Part shown: piece after piece, positions 37,487 to 50,394 of the stretch
Numbering within the stretch: the stretch's first letter is position 1
Layout: every line of letters begins with the position of its first letter
The notes under the pieces: generated by a model
The model's input: only the letters and a program-made list of their open reading frames with translations
What the model was told of the DNA's origin: nothing
Databases searched by the model: none
Program-made: the position numbers and the translations under genes
Assembly: GCA_951406725.2 (NCBI GenBank)
Contig: OX597816.1
Span: forward strand, 66,402,001-66,466,000
Length of the DNA stretch: 64,000 nucleotides
Source: Octopus vulgaris
Lineage: Eukaryota
Reading direction: 5' to 3'

Positions 37487-37905
37487 CAATTCAATTCAAT
37501 TTTTATTGGCTCAAAAAGCAAAAGCAAGGCCATATAGGGGGACAGGGAGTTATGTACAGAGAGGGTGGTCATACAAAGAGTTCAGGCCATTTCTGGTCAA
37601 GAGAGACTTTGAACCGAGTGGTCGTCGGCATCTTCATTATCTTGTCCGGCAGCTTATTCCACAGATCCGCAACCCGGACGGAGAAAGCCCCTCTCCTTCG
37701 ATTGAGATGAAATCGTTGTAGATAGAGCTTTTTGGAGTGACTCCGCAGCCCACGCTCTGGAGCAGGAGTGAAGAACAGTTCTTTCAAGAGGTTACACTTT
37801 CCGCTTATGATGTTGTGAGCGAGAATGAGATCACCACGGCAGCGGCGTTTTTCAAGAGAATAAAGGTCAAGTGTCTTCAGCCTTTCTTCATAAGACAAAT
37901 GCTTG
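37487..37905 (-). mobile_element. CR1-clade LINE 3' fragment with a (TTGAA)n tail
   Basis: ORF 37569-37898 reads SYEERLKTLDLYSLEKRRCRGDLI...FSVRVADLWNKLP; tandem tail at 37487-37500. Confidence 0.88.
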
Positions 37906-38747
37906 AGGGGAACATAAGCTTCAATACACAGAGATGTACATAAAATTAAAATACTTCTTCAAATGTAAACTTAGATTGAGCACCCTGATTAATTTCACTC
38001 TTGTATCCAGCAGTGGAAACCATACCAAAACAGCTCCTGTCAAACTGTCCAACCCATGCCACCATGGAAAACAGATGTTAAATGATGATGACACCAGTTA
38101 TTTGTCAACACAAATTCCTCTGTGCAAATTCCTTTCCCATCTCTCTCCAGTAGACAACCTCTCTTATGTTGGCAGGGAGGGGAGAGTATATAACACCTTT
38201 ATTTTTAAATAGGTGCCTGGTTTAGCATCTCTATAAGGCCCTTGAGGGCCTAAACCCTTTGCTTGTATCACATATGGTACACAGGGTCCTATGTGATCTT
38301 GTGTATATGATATCATACATGATACACATCCCCAATCATTTTCAACCACAGAAGTAACTTGGAACTTATGAAAGGAACACTTTATATTACTCAGAACATA
38401 TGATACAAGGGCTAACTAAAAGTCTGAACACAAGCATGAACACTTAGGACAAACTTATGAAAATACTTTGGACAGGCAAAGGGATTAAGTAGATTTCATA
38501 TCATTTCAGGTATTTAATTCCTTGTCCATATTTTTCCTGCAGACACTGACCAGCAGATCTTCAAACAAGCTATCAGTAACAAAGACCTTACCAATCTTGA
38601 AGGATCTGCAAAGGTTATGAGCACTACACACTCCTATGTTGACTAACTCATGCAAAAAAAATATAAATAACATTCCATTCTATTAAAATTTGGTCTTACA
38701 TCAAGCCAAAACAAAAAAAACAAAAGAATAAAATTTAAAACAGATCA

Positions 38748-39308
38748 ATCATCATCATCATCATTTAATGTCCGTTTTCCATGCTAGCATGGGTTGGACA
38801 GTTCGACCGGGGTCTGGTAAGCCATGGAGGCTGCACCAGGCTCTAGTCTGATTTGGCAGTGTTTCTACAGCTGGATGCCCTTCCTAATGCCAACCACTAC
38901 GAGAGTGTAGTGGGTGCTTTTTACGTGCCACCAGCACAGGGGCCAGAACTGGCTCGCAAACGGCCACGATCAGTTGGTGCTTTTACGTGTCACCAATACG
39001 GACGCCAGTCAGGCGGCGCTGGCATCTGCCACGTTCGGATGGTGCTTTTTACGTGTCACCGGCACAGGTATCACAAGTACAATTTCCATTTGAATTTTTA
39101 TTTTGATGTCGATGTACTTAACTCAATAGGTCTCCTCAAGAACAGCAGGTCACTCTATGATCCAAGGTCAGCACAGCAGGCCGTCCTGCGAGCCATGAAC
39201 TCATTTCATTTGTCGGGTCTTCGAAGTCACAGAATATCTCCAGAGGTCTCAGTCTTTCGTCATAGCCTCTGTGAGACTCAAAGTATGAAGGTCATGCTTG
39301 ATCACCTC
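38748..39308 (-). mobile_element. RTE 3'-end fragment with modular 3' UTR
   Basis: (ATC)n tail, GGATGCCCTTCCTAA core and repeated GGTGCTTTTACGTG boxes. Confidence 0.85.
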
Positions 39309-40220
39309 AATACAATATTTTATTTTTTCTAAGTTAATGTATGACCTTTAAGGTTATAGTTAAGTAGTTTGTACACTTGTTCCATTCTACTGCCACTTTA
39401 TAAGCTTGCTAAATTCATTCCCCAGTTCTTTTCTCCTATGTGAAAGCATCACTGAGAATAACAGAACAAATCTAATCTAAAACAATGAAAATTACTTCTG
39501 AATATATTTCACAGGAATACATGTTAACCTTCCAGGGTTAAAAAAAAAAAAAAAGAAAGACTTCATTATGAATGTATCAGGTAAAGTATCTAAGAATAAT
39601 ATTAGGTAGGGAAAAGGCAAAATAACTAGAATAGGAAACATTCCAGCCAAATATTCTACATGTGTTGAATATTTGGATCTACTTTTTTTCCTGTTGCTCA
39701 AGTATTTCTATTTTGCTTAATGTGAGTATGTGTGTATATGTGTGAATGTATATATGAATAAAAATGCTAAATTCTCATAATATTCATATCTAAAAATTTG
39801 TATGTATACATAAGCCATATTTATAGGAAAACTATATCAATTAACATTTTATATTTATACTAGCACTATGACCAGGCATCGCCATGGTTTTCTGCAGTTG
39901 GATATTCTTCCTAACATCAAGCACTTATCAGAGTGTACTGAGTGCTTTTTTTACATAGCAACAGCACCAATGAGGTTGCCAAGTACATGCACAAGAAGAC
40001 CCCCTCAACTGAATAGGATATAGACCAGAGAAAGAAACTATGACAGAGGTAGAGAAGAAGGTGATATGAAGAAATAAACACATGCCTTCACTACATGAGA
40101 AGTGAGAGAAGAAAGAGATGTGGGTACACACATACACACACTGAGTTCTATTCCTTCTGTTTGTTCCAAAAGACATGCATACATATATATGCACACACAC
40201 ATATGCACACACACACGTAT

Positions 40221-40446
40221 ATTATTTCTTTACTACTCACAAGGGGCTAAACACAGAGGGAACAAACAAGGACAGACAAACGGATTAAGTCAATTACATC
40301 GACCCCAGTGCGTAACTGGTACTTATTTAATCGACCCTGAAAGGATGAAAGGCAAAGTCGACTCGGCGGAATTTGAACTCAGAACTTAATGGCAGACGAA
40401 ATACAGCTACGCATTTCGGCCGGCGTGCTAAGATTTCTGCCAGCCA
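40221..40446 (-). mobile_element. SINE family B inserted in a CA-rich tract
   Basis: Close match to 28922-29136. Confidence 0.85.
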
Positions 40447-40723
40447 CACACACACACACGCATACATACATATACAGCGAGAGAGAGGAGCAACAGAATG
40501 TACAAGAAAAAGTTGACAGTAATTACAAAGTCATGGTTTATTAGGATAACAGTTAGTAAGCTGACACTTCAAGGTCACTGTCAACCTTTTCCTTCCAAAG
40601 ATAAATGTATGTTCTACTAAAAAATACTGAGTCATTCGTTCAAATTACTATTAAATTATTTTTATGTATAACTCGACATGAAAACAATGTGTGTCTGTAT
40701 GTAAATAAGATATATATATATAT

Positions 40724-40963
40724 ATCATCATCATCGTTTAACGTCTGTTTTCCCTGCTAGCATGGGTTGGACGGTTCGACCGGGGTCTGGGAAGCCAGGA
40801 GGCTGCACCAGGCTTCAGTCTGGTCTGGCAGTGTTTCTACAGCCGGATACCCTTCCTAATGCCAACCACTCCGTGAGTGTAGTGGGTGCTTTTTACATGC
40901 CACCAGCACAGGTGCCAGGGGAGGCTGGCAGCAGCCACGGTCGGTTGGTGCATTTTACGTGGC
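40724..40963 (-). mobile_element. Short RTE-tail element inserted in (TA)n
   Basis: (ATC)n plus the conserved tail, flanked by TA runs on both sides. Confidence 0.8.
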
Positions 40964-41521
40964 ATATATATATATATATATATATACATATATACATACA
41001 TGTGGAGTAAAACACAGACATTAAAATATATACATATATATATATATACACATACATACTTACATACATACAATGTATATGTATTGTGGTTTGTGTGTGT
41101 AAAGAAAGAGCTTAAAATTCTTATGATGAAGTGTATCAAATTCATTATTTGTGTGTGTGATGGTAGCTACATAATTAAATCTAATTTTAGAATCCCAATA
41201 ATTAAATCCATGATGTCAATAGTTTCTTACCAACATACACACACAGGGAAATAAAAACAAGCAAAACCATTGGAATGATATAGTATTAGCTAAAGATCAT
41301 ATAGTTATGTCTTTTACAACACATCATCTTTGTTTTAACTTCTTTTTGTTTTTCATTTCAGATCTGGCTGAAATATAACACACAATGAATAGTGAAGTCA
41401 GTGAAAAAAAAGATTTTAACCATTAATCTACTATAGAAACTGTTAGGAATACATGATAATTCCTGGAGAGAAGTCAAAGAAATGGAATTAAGAATATGAA
41501 CAAAAAAATAGTGTTACTTAC

Positions 41522-41563
41522 ATCAAATCCATCTCGCAGACTTGTTCCACCTTGTAATAACGA
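41522..41563 (-). CDS. VPS13D: VPS13D micro-exon (SLLQGGTSLRDGFD), 42 nt, phase 0/0
   Basis: Strong TTTTATTTACAG acceptor and GTAAGT donor, open frame, and fills the expected linker before HDYVL. Confidence 0.75.
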
Positions 41564-43440
41564 CTGTAAATAAAACAGAAAGTCTGTATTAACCAAATGC
41601 TGGAATACTGCTGATGCCACCACCACCATGAGCATTAAAACATACCATTTTTCTAACTACCACGAATTGGGTGAGGCTGCAGTACACCATACTTTTGTCT
41701 TATTCCTGCATATATCATCCACAAGACCCAACATCCCAAATTCTGTCATTACTTTCCCATGTCTTCCTTAGTTTAAAAGCTCAACAACAGATACTTCAAC
41801 AGGGTAGCATATAAAACTTATTTTTATCCATCGTTCCATTAGTCATTCACATTATAAGTCTGCATCAATGTAGTTCACTCTCCTGCATACATCAAAACCA
41901 ATGCCATTAAAGACCAGCCATTCTTTCAAATCCCTTCTGTACTTAATACAATATCCTTCATAGATTACAGCAATAAACTGAACCTCTCTATGGCATGTAT
42001 TTACAATCAAGTAAACTTGTGGGGGGAGTATCTTTGCCAGGGGCATGACATATAGGTCAGGTGACCAGAACAAACAATGTTTTAACCAAAAGGCTAGTAC
42101 CCTCTGAATTCACATAGTTACAATTCACAATAAATTATACTAAAAGCAGAGGAAAAAACCTCTCTGGTATCAAATTGTTGGATCAGGTGACAAAAGTCAA
42201 GGAGAGGGTCATAGCCCAACTAATTAGGGAGAAAGTTAGTTTAGATGAGACACAGTTTGATTTTGTACCTGGGAGAAGTGCCACTGATGCTATATTTCTG
42301 GTAAGACAGCTGCAGGAGAAATACCTAGCCAAAGATAAACCTCTGTATTTGGCTTTTGTTGACATGGAAGAAGCCTTTGACAGGGTTCCCCGATCTCTTA
42401 TTTGGTGGTCAATGCGGAAACTAGAGATAGACAAGTGGTTGGTGAGAACTGTACAAGCCATGTACAAGAATGCTGTCAGTAAAGTGAGGGTTGGCAACGT
42501 GTATAGTGAAGAATTCAGGGTACAAGTAGGGGTTCGCCAAGGATCAGTCCTCAGTCCTCTCTTGTTCAGCATAGTCCTCCAGGCAATAACAGAGGAATTC
42601 AAGAGAGGCTACCCTTGGGAGCTTCTCTATGCTGATGACCTTGTTCTTATAGCTGAATCACTACAAGAACTAGAGGAGAAGTTTCAGGTGTGGAAGCAAG
42701 GTCTAGAATAAAAGGGCCTTAGAGTTAACCTAGCAAAAACTAAAGTCTTAATAAGTAGGAAGGCAGTCAAATCACAAATCTCTTCAGGTAGATGGCCCTA
42801 CTTGAACTGTAGGAAAGGCATAGGTAGAAACTCCATAAGATGTACCCAGTGTAAGCTTTGGACACATAAGAAGTGCAGCAATATCAGAGGAAAGTTAACA
42901 TGGAAGATAGTTTTTGTGTGTGGAAGGTGCACAGGTACAATTAACACTAAAAATGTACAGAAAATAGATTCCATTACATGCCAGTGGGAAAACCAGAAGT
43001 CGCTCAGAGTGAAAGACAGACTATATGATGCCTGTGTGCGAATGGCCATGCTACATGGCAGTGAAACATGGGCTGTGACTGCTGAGGACATGCATAGGCT
43101 TGTAAGAAATGAAGCTATTACGCTTTGCTGGATGTGTAATGTCAGTGTGCATGCATGACAGAATGTAAGCGTTCTGAGAGAAAAGCTGGGCATAAGAAGC
43201 ATCAGATGTGGTGTGCAAGAGAGACGACTGCACTGGTATGGTCATGTGATGCATATGGATGAGGACAGCTAAGTGAACGAGTGTTGCCATCTTACAGTGG
43301 AGGGAACCAGTGGAAGAGGTAGACCCAGGAAGACATGGGACAATGTGGTGAAGCATGACCTTCAAATATTGGGCCTCACAGGGGTAACCATAAGTGACTG
43401 TGATCTTTGGCAATATGCCATGCTTGAGAAGACCTGTCAA

Positions 43441-43808
43441 GCCAAGTAAGATCATAGCCAAGTAAGCTCATAGCCAAGTAAGCTCATAGCCAAGTAAGCT
43501 CATAGCCAAGTAAGCTCATAGCCAAGTAAGCTCATAGCCAAGTAAGCTCATAGCCAAGTAAGATCATAGCCAAGTAAGATCATAGCCAAGTAAGATCATA
43601 GCCAAGTAAGATCATAGCCAAATAAGATCATAGCCAAATAAGATCATAGCCAAATAAGATCATAGCCAAGTAAGATCATAGCCAAGTAAGCTCATAACCA
43701 AGTAAGATCATAGCCAAGTAAGATCATAGCCAAGTAAGATCATAGCCAAGTAAGATCATAGCCAAGTAAGATCATAGCCAAGTAAGATCATAGCCAAGTA
43801 AGATCGTG
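43441..43808. repeat. Minisatellite, 23 x 16 bp, consensus GCCAAGTAAGATCATA
   Basis: Units start every 16 bp from 43441 to 43793; variants ..GCTCATA and GCCAAATAAG.. occur in blocks. Confidence 0.97.
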
Positions 43809-43840
43809 GCCAATGCCAGTGTCGTGTAAGTGGCCCATTA

Positions 43841-44363
43841 GCCCCTTGACAGTGGTTGACGCAAATATGCGATCACACCTTTGCTTGCCCACCTACGGTT
43901 AACGTAAATATATGATGTAGAGCTGCCCTACGTCTATCACAGACTTTTTAGTGGCTGACGTATGTTTACGTTCACTATAGTGTACTTTATCTCTTGAGGT
44001 GCACGCGCTCGCCGTCCCGTGCATTATCTCAGCTATTTTAAGTTACGTTCAAGTCATGAGACTAGCAGTAGACCAATAACATGTGGATACTTTACACACA
44101 TAATACCGTGTTTTGAGTTGTACCACACGCAAGCTATTTTTTTAACTTGAGCAGAATAACTCATGCATATCATATTATGATAAATAGCTTTATATAGGTC
44201 GTTTTCATAAACCGGCAGACGTAAATGTATAACACTGTTATTGTAACAGTGAACGTGAATAGACATGAGCTCATTGGCACTTGTGTGTTTGTGTGGCCTC
44301 ATTAGATAAAAAAAAACCGGAGCAGTGTCTCGCATGCTTCAGGTAATACCGGCATCAAGGGGC
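43841..44363. mobile_element. Non-autonomous DNA element with termini GCCCCTTGA...TCAAGGGGC and a TA duplication
   Basis: Perfect inverted ends TTAGCCCCTTGA (43838-43849) and TCAAGGGGCTAA (44355-44366); it interrupts the RTE 3' UTR. Confidence 0.8.
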
Positions 44364-44938
44364 TAAAAGCACCGTTCAGTCGCTGGATAATATACTGTGC
44401 TAGTGAAAACCTGTTGAACCCAGTGAAATTGTAGTCATGGCTGATGCCAGTGCTGTCTGACTGGCACCCATACCAGTGACATGTAAAAAGCACCATTCGA
44501 GCATTGGGCTTCATGATGGCAGTGACAGGTGACCAAGACCGTAAGTGATTACTGTGCTTGTGTAGACCTGTCAAACCAGGTGAGCCCATAGTTGTGACCA
44601 ATGCCAGTGTCAGGTCAATGGCACCTGTGCTGGTAGCATGTAAAAAACACTCAACACACTCAGAGTGGTTGACATTAGGAAGGGCATCCAGCTGTAGACC
44701 TTGCCAAATCAAATCAGAATCTGGTCTACACGACGGCTTACCAGTTTTCAGTCAAACCGTCCAATCCATGCCAGCATGAAAAGCAGATGTTAAATGATGA
44801 TGATGATTATTATTATTTACAGAAAAATTAAACAGTAATAACATAAAGCAAAACTATTCTAAGATCAACAATGAAATTATTTTTGTTAAATGTTTAAAGA
44901 ACTACAAACGAAATAAGAGTTCAGCAAAACCATCTTAC

Positions 44939-45064
44939 CACAATTTGAGCCATAGGTAAATCCCCGATTAACTGCACATTTGTATCAAAATACAGTGATA
45001 AATTATTCAGTTCCATTAGTTTGAACATCATTTCATTGACATTCCTGTACACAAAACATGGTAC
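44939..45064 (-). CDS. VPS13D: VPS13D exon (VPCFVYRNVNEMMFKLMELNNLSLYFDTNVQLIGDLPMAQIV), 126 nt
   Basis: TAG acceptor and GTAAG donor; the K..L..LSLYFD...GDLP motif. Confidence 0.92.
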
Positions 45065-45896
45065 CTACAAAATAAAAATAAAACATTTTCAGAACTATTC
45101 ACCTATGCCAGTATGGAAAAAGGGACATTAACATTAAATGATGATGATGATATATATATATAGATCATTAATGGAAGTAGAGGTAAAAACAATAATGTTT
45201 TTCTTAATTGTACAAGAACACAAATTATAAGTGAGGTATAACTGATTGAATTAAATAGAGATGAAATCCAGACATGTTGAATGGATCAGCAGTACATCAT
45301 ATTACCAGTTATCTTCATCTTGCATCTTCCTTTCAGTAAATCCCAGAGGGATCTGAAATCTGATCTCACTCTTTCTCACATTTTCATTGGCCTTCTACTT
45401 CTTTGGGAACCATCCCAGGAAGATTACATGGCACTTTTTCTGCCAATATTCATTGCCCAGTATGCCCAGTTCATGTGTGCTCATGTGAAGGATTTCCCAA
45501 CTGTTTTCATGATGAACATTCAGTTGTTTAATCAAATGAATTACCTACTTATTGTGTTAATGTCCAAATGACTGAGTATTCCATAGATACAAGTACCTTT
45601 AGCATCTTTTTTGGACCAATTCAGCATGACAAGGTTGGATTTTGACTCACAGGTACAATCAATCCAATGAGCTTGCACACAAGTTTCTGTCTACCCAGTT
45701 TCACTTACCAGGCATGGGTTGACCCACAACAATGCTAAAAGACACTTGCCCAAGATGCCCCTCTGTGGATTGAAACCATGGCCATTATGATTGCAGAGTG
45801 AACAGCACATAAATGAAAATAAAAGCAGAGTTATGGCAGGAACTTAGTCGTGAATGAAGTGTGACTAAGATGATGGTCTTAGAAAGCTGTACAGAA

Positions 45897-46298
45897 TACT
45901 CTTTTACTTGTTTCAGTCATTTGACTGTGACCATGCTGGAGCACCACCTTTAGTCAAGCAAATCAACCCCAGGACTTATTCTTTGGAAGCCTAGTACTTA
46001 TTTCATCGGTCTCTTTTGCCAAACCGCTAAGTTACGGGGACGTAAACACACCACCATCGGTTATCAAGCGATGTTGGGGGAACAAACACAGACACACAAA
46101 CACATACACACATACACACACATATAAACATATACATATATACGACGGGCTTCTTTCAGTTTCCATCTACCAAATCCACTCACAAGGTTTTGGTCGGCCC
46201 AAGGCGATAGTAGAGAACACTTGCCCAAGGTGCCACGCAGTGGGACTGAACCCGGAACCATGTGATTCACAAGCAAGCTACTTACCACACAGCCACTC
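45897..46298 (-). mobile_element. tRNA-derived SINE, family A
   Basis: Reverse-complement match to 3401-3790. Confidence 0.85.
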
Positions 46299-46745
46299 AA
46301 CATCATTAGTCACATTAAATTGTATGCGTTATAACAGCTTTCTCAATCTTCCTTGTTTACAAGTGCCAGTTTAGCAACCTTCATCTATAACAACATATTT
46401 GAGGGTGGTCAACCACTAACTACACTTATTGAATACTGATATTTGAAGATATGAGATTTCCCAGTCCACATGTATCTGAGTTGGTAAGGCACAGAGCCCC
46501 TTACTCAATACATCCATGTTTCATGAGCAATAACCATTACATCACCACAACCATTCAGGTTTTCTTTCTTAAAGATTCATCAATGATGCAAACATAGTGA
46601 AATGGATGTAAAGCAAAAACAAACTTTTGTTATTGTCATTGTTGCTTCTACTGCAAAGAATAAAAAGCAAACAACCATTTCATTTTCTATTATAGTCACC
46701 TTCTATTATAGTCATGTATATTTGCTACACTTATTATCCCTTTAA

Positions 46746-47387
46746 CCCTTTCATTGCCAACCTGGCTGAAACCGCCTCTGGCTCTGTAGTACAAATATCT
46801 GTTTTCATAAGTTTTGATAAAGCGCAGGAGTGGCTATGTCGTAAGTAGCTTGCTTACCAACCATATGGTTCCAGGTTCATTCCCACTGTGTGGGACCTTG
46901 GGCAAGTGTCTTCTACTATAGCATTGGGCCAACTAAAGCCTTGTGAGTAGATTTGGTAGACGGAAACTGAAAGAAGCCTGTCATATATATATATATATAT
47001 ATACATGTATGTGTGTGTATATGTTTGTGTGTCTTTGTTTCTCCCCCAACATCGCTTGATAACCGATGGTAGTGTGTTTACGTTCCCGTAACCTAGCGGT
47101 TCGGCAAAAGAGACCGATAGAGTATGTACTAGGCTTCCAAAGAATAAGTCCTGGGGTCGATTTGTTCGACTAAAGGCGGTGCTCCAGCATGGCCACAGTC
47201 AAATGACTGAAACAAGTAAAAGAGTAAAAAAGAGAGGGAGAGTAAAATCTTCCACCAAATCTTCGTCACAATTTATGTTCCTATCACTAGCTTAATGACA
47301 ACTGAGTCATTTTACAAAATTCTTTGTTAGATTTTAAAGTAATTGAAAGAAACAGAGCATCTCAAAATAAATACGTTAACAAAAGGG
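46746..47387. mobile_element. piggyBac-like MITE (TTAA|CCCTTT...AAAGGG|TTAA)
   Basis: TTAA at 46742-46745 and 47388-47391, CCCT/AGGG ends; related copies near 28216-28889 and 61255-61485. Confidence 0.78.
46821..47231 (+). mobile_element. tRNA-derived SINE, family A, nested in a piggyBac-like MITE
   Basis: Full-length match to 3401-3790. Confidence 0.85.
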
Positions 47388-47939
47388 TTAATGAGAAGCA
47401 AAATGCAGAACCAAAATCTCTATTAAAAGGAATAATCAACATTAATTAGCAAGTGCTCTCAGTTTTGAATTCTATTGCAACTTATACAATGAAAATAGTA
47501 TGATACATAGATTGAATACATAGGGGAAAATATCCTACAATAACTGTCATTAAGCTACTTAATACAAGAAATCATCTAACTCTCTAAGATTTAGTCAATG
47601 ATGTATCTTTGAAGGAGAAATTACTTTAAAGAAACTACATACATGAACATGTGATGAAAATGAATGAGAAGAACTAAGTTATAAGAATAAATAAACGCTT
47701 GTAAAATGATGGCAGATAATAACTGAGATACAATAGGCAAAGTAAAATTTCTTAACTAACATAAGGAAGCTAAAATGGAAAGGATTTGGCAATGGTTTGA
47801 GAGAGGATTACACAAATACACTAACAAATGCAAGCAACTGAAACACAAAGGTGATTTACAAAAAATAACCCTCTGCCGTCTAACTGTATGAAGTTGCTAA
47901 AGCCAACCATCTAAATCAGTTATATAATGCTCAGCTACA

Positions 47940-48305
47940 GTCGTAGCTGTGTGGTTAAGAAGCTTACTTTGCAACTGTGTGGTTTCCAGTTCAGTCCCAC
48001 TGTGCAGTACCCTGAACAAGTGTCTTTTATTATAGCTCCAGGTTGTGAGTGAATTTGGTAGACAGAAACTGTGTGGAAGGAAGCCTGTCATGTGATGTGT
48101 TTGTGTCTTTGTGTTTTCACACCACCACCACCACCACTCAACAACTGGTTTGTTTATGACCCTGTAACTTAGCAATTTGGCAAAAGAGATTGAGAAAAAA
48201 AAAGTACCAGACTTAAAAATAAGTACTGGGATCAATTTCTTTGAATACTCTTCAAGGAAATGCCCCAGCACAGCCACAGTCCAATGACTGAAACAAGTAA
48301 AAGAT
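47940..48305 (+). mobile_element. Diverged SINE, family A
   Basis: Same head (GCTGTGTGGTTAAG...TTCAGTCCCACTG) and tail (ATGACTGAAACAAGTAAAAG). Confidence 0.75.
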
Positions 48306-50277
48306 AATATAAAAAAACAAAACTCAGAGAGTTAATTCTTAATATTGTGTTCTCCATTAGTCCACTCTGCAGAGTGGTTGGTCATCCAGGAAGGTCATCC
48401 AGCTGTAAAACTCCTGCCAAAACAGACACAGAAGTCTGGTGCAGGCTCCTGTCAAACCCATGCCAGCATGGAAGGTGGACATCAAATGATGATAATGACA
48501 ATCAAGCTGCCACATTAAGAAAGAGTTCTTTTTTTTTACGCAGTGTCATACAAAATAAAGCTGGTACTTCTAAGTGTAAAGTAAATATGAATGGAAATGA
48601 TATTTTTTTCCTAATGCCAGCAATTATATTTCAAACTCTCTTATCTGATGTGTGATGAATTCAAGTCTAAACAAGCCTGAATTATTTCAAGAAATGTAGA
48701 GTGTAACCTTGTAAATGAATATTCCTTTATATGGCTTAACAATAGGAGAGAAGACAAATATAAAAATAGGAAGCATTTTCTTAATGATGAATAAAACCCA
48801 ATCAATCAATGGCCATCAACAGAATAGAAACTTGCAATCCCAGACTAAAAGATTATAACAAATGGAAGAGATTAAATCAGTAAATATTTAGTTTGAATTA
48901 ATGATTTCAAATTTTGGCACAAGACCAGCAATTTTAGGGGAAGGGGTTAGTCAATACTTTTGACCCCAGTGCTCAACTGGTACTTATTTTATTGACTCCC
49001 AAAAGGATGAAAGGCAAAGATAACTCAGCGACATTTGAACTCAGATTGTAAAGAGCCAAATGAAACGTTGCTAAGCATTTTGTCCAATGTGTTAATGATT
49101 CTGCCAGCTTGATGCCTTGTTGCTGAGCACCAGGTCATTCTTGAATGAGTAAAACTATGGCTAGAACTATCTTGTCTTTACAGCTGTATATAATATAATA
49201 TTGGTTTCAAATTGTGGCACAAGGCCAGCAATTTCAGTGGAGGGGGTAAGTCGATTACAACAACCCCAGTATTCATCATCATCATTGTTTAATGTCTGCT
49301 TTCCATGCTAGCATGGGTTGGACAATTTTGACTGAGGGCTGGCAAACAAGATGGCTGCACCAGGTTCCAATCTTGATCTGGCAGAGTTTCTACAGCTGGA
49401 TGCCCTTCCTAATGTCAACCACTCTGTGAGTGTAGTGGGTGCTTTTACGTGCCACTGGCACAGGGGCCAGTCAGGCGGTACTGGCAATGACCTCGCTCGA
49501 ATCGTTTTACACATGCCACCGGCACTACAAATTTTATTGATCCTGAAAGGATGAAAGGCAAAGTCGACCCAGTTCACTGCCATATAGCTGTACCTAATAT
49601 TACATTAGGTGCAGACATGGTCGTGTGGTTAAGAAGATTGCTTTGCAACCATGTGATTGTAGGTTCACTCATCGTGTATTAAACTGTGGTTAAGCACTTT
49701 TCTGATAGTTTCAGTTGACCAATCCCTCGTGAGTGGAATTTACAAGGCAGAAACTGTATGTGGAAGCCTATCAGATATGACAGTGTTTCATTATTCCAGT
49801 AAGATAGATAGAGCTTCTGAGAAAGGTAATGGCAAACTGACTTCTAATGTATCAAGGAAGTTTTGCAAATGTTTCACATGGCCAACAGAAGTCAAAATAT
49901 AACTTGATGGTACTTTTTAGGATTATGTTATTTAATGTATCTATCCCTTTTTTAAGACAAGAGGGTACACTCTGAGGAAAATTTGGCTGGTATTTCAAGC
50001 AGGCTGACCGACCACATAGTGGCTCCCTCATTGGCAGATTTAGTTGAGGTGAAAACATAATCAAGAAGGGAGACCAAGAGTTAAAGAAGAATTAGATAAA
50101 CTGAAGAGGTGATGAAGTGGATGGGAAACTGTGAATAAGATAGGAAGAGTAGGGACTGTTATAAGACCAATGAAAGAAACGGGACAAGCTCAGTAGTGGG
50201 ATAGGGTCAGTGAATAAAAGTTTTGCAGTTAATGAAGTTGTGAGAAGAAATCAATATAGACATTATATATTACTGAC

Positions 50278-50394
50278 CCAGTTTTCATCAGTGCTCTGAG
50301 CTATTAGACTGTCTAAATCAATTCCCACAGCAAAGGGATGAGAAGGATTCAGGTCGCTGTCTTCATACCGTATGTGGACATCATTGACGTGGAG
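50278..50394 (-). CDS. VPS13D: VPS13D exon (LHVNDVHIRYEDSDLNPSHPFAVGIDLDSLIAQSTDENW), 117 nt
   Basis: Conserved DVHIRYED and HPFA motifs; CAG acceptor and GTCAGT donor. Confidence 0.94.

Larger units (their letters stand above)
42165..44806 (+). mobile_element. Decayed 5'-truncated RTE LINE of the same family; its 3' UTR is interrupted by a minisatellite and a DNA element
   Basis: ORFs 42175-42711 and 42802-43158 closely resemble 9562-10785. It has premature stops, an internal deletion after ITCQ, and a GAT tail near 44800. Confidence 0.92.

Noticed and set aside
43441-43808. CRISPR-like array
   Set aside because: Head-to-tail 16-bp units with no unique spacers, no cas genes and a eukaryotic intronic context; it is a minisatellite.
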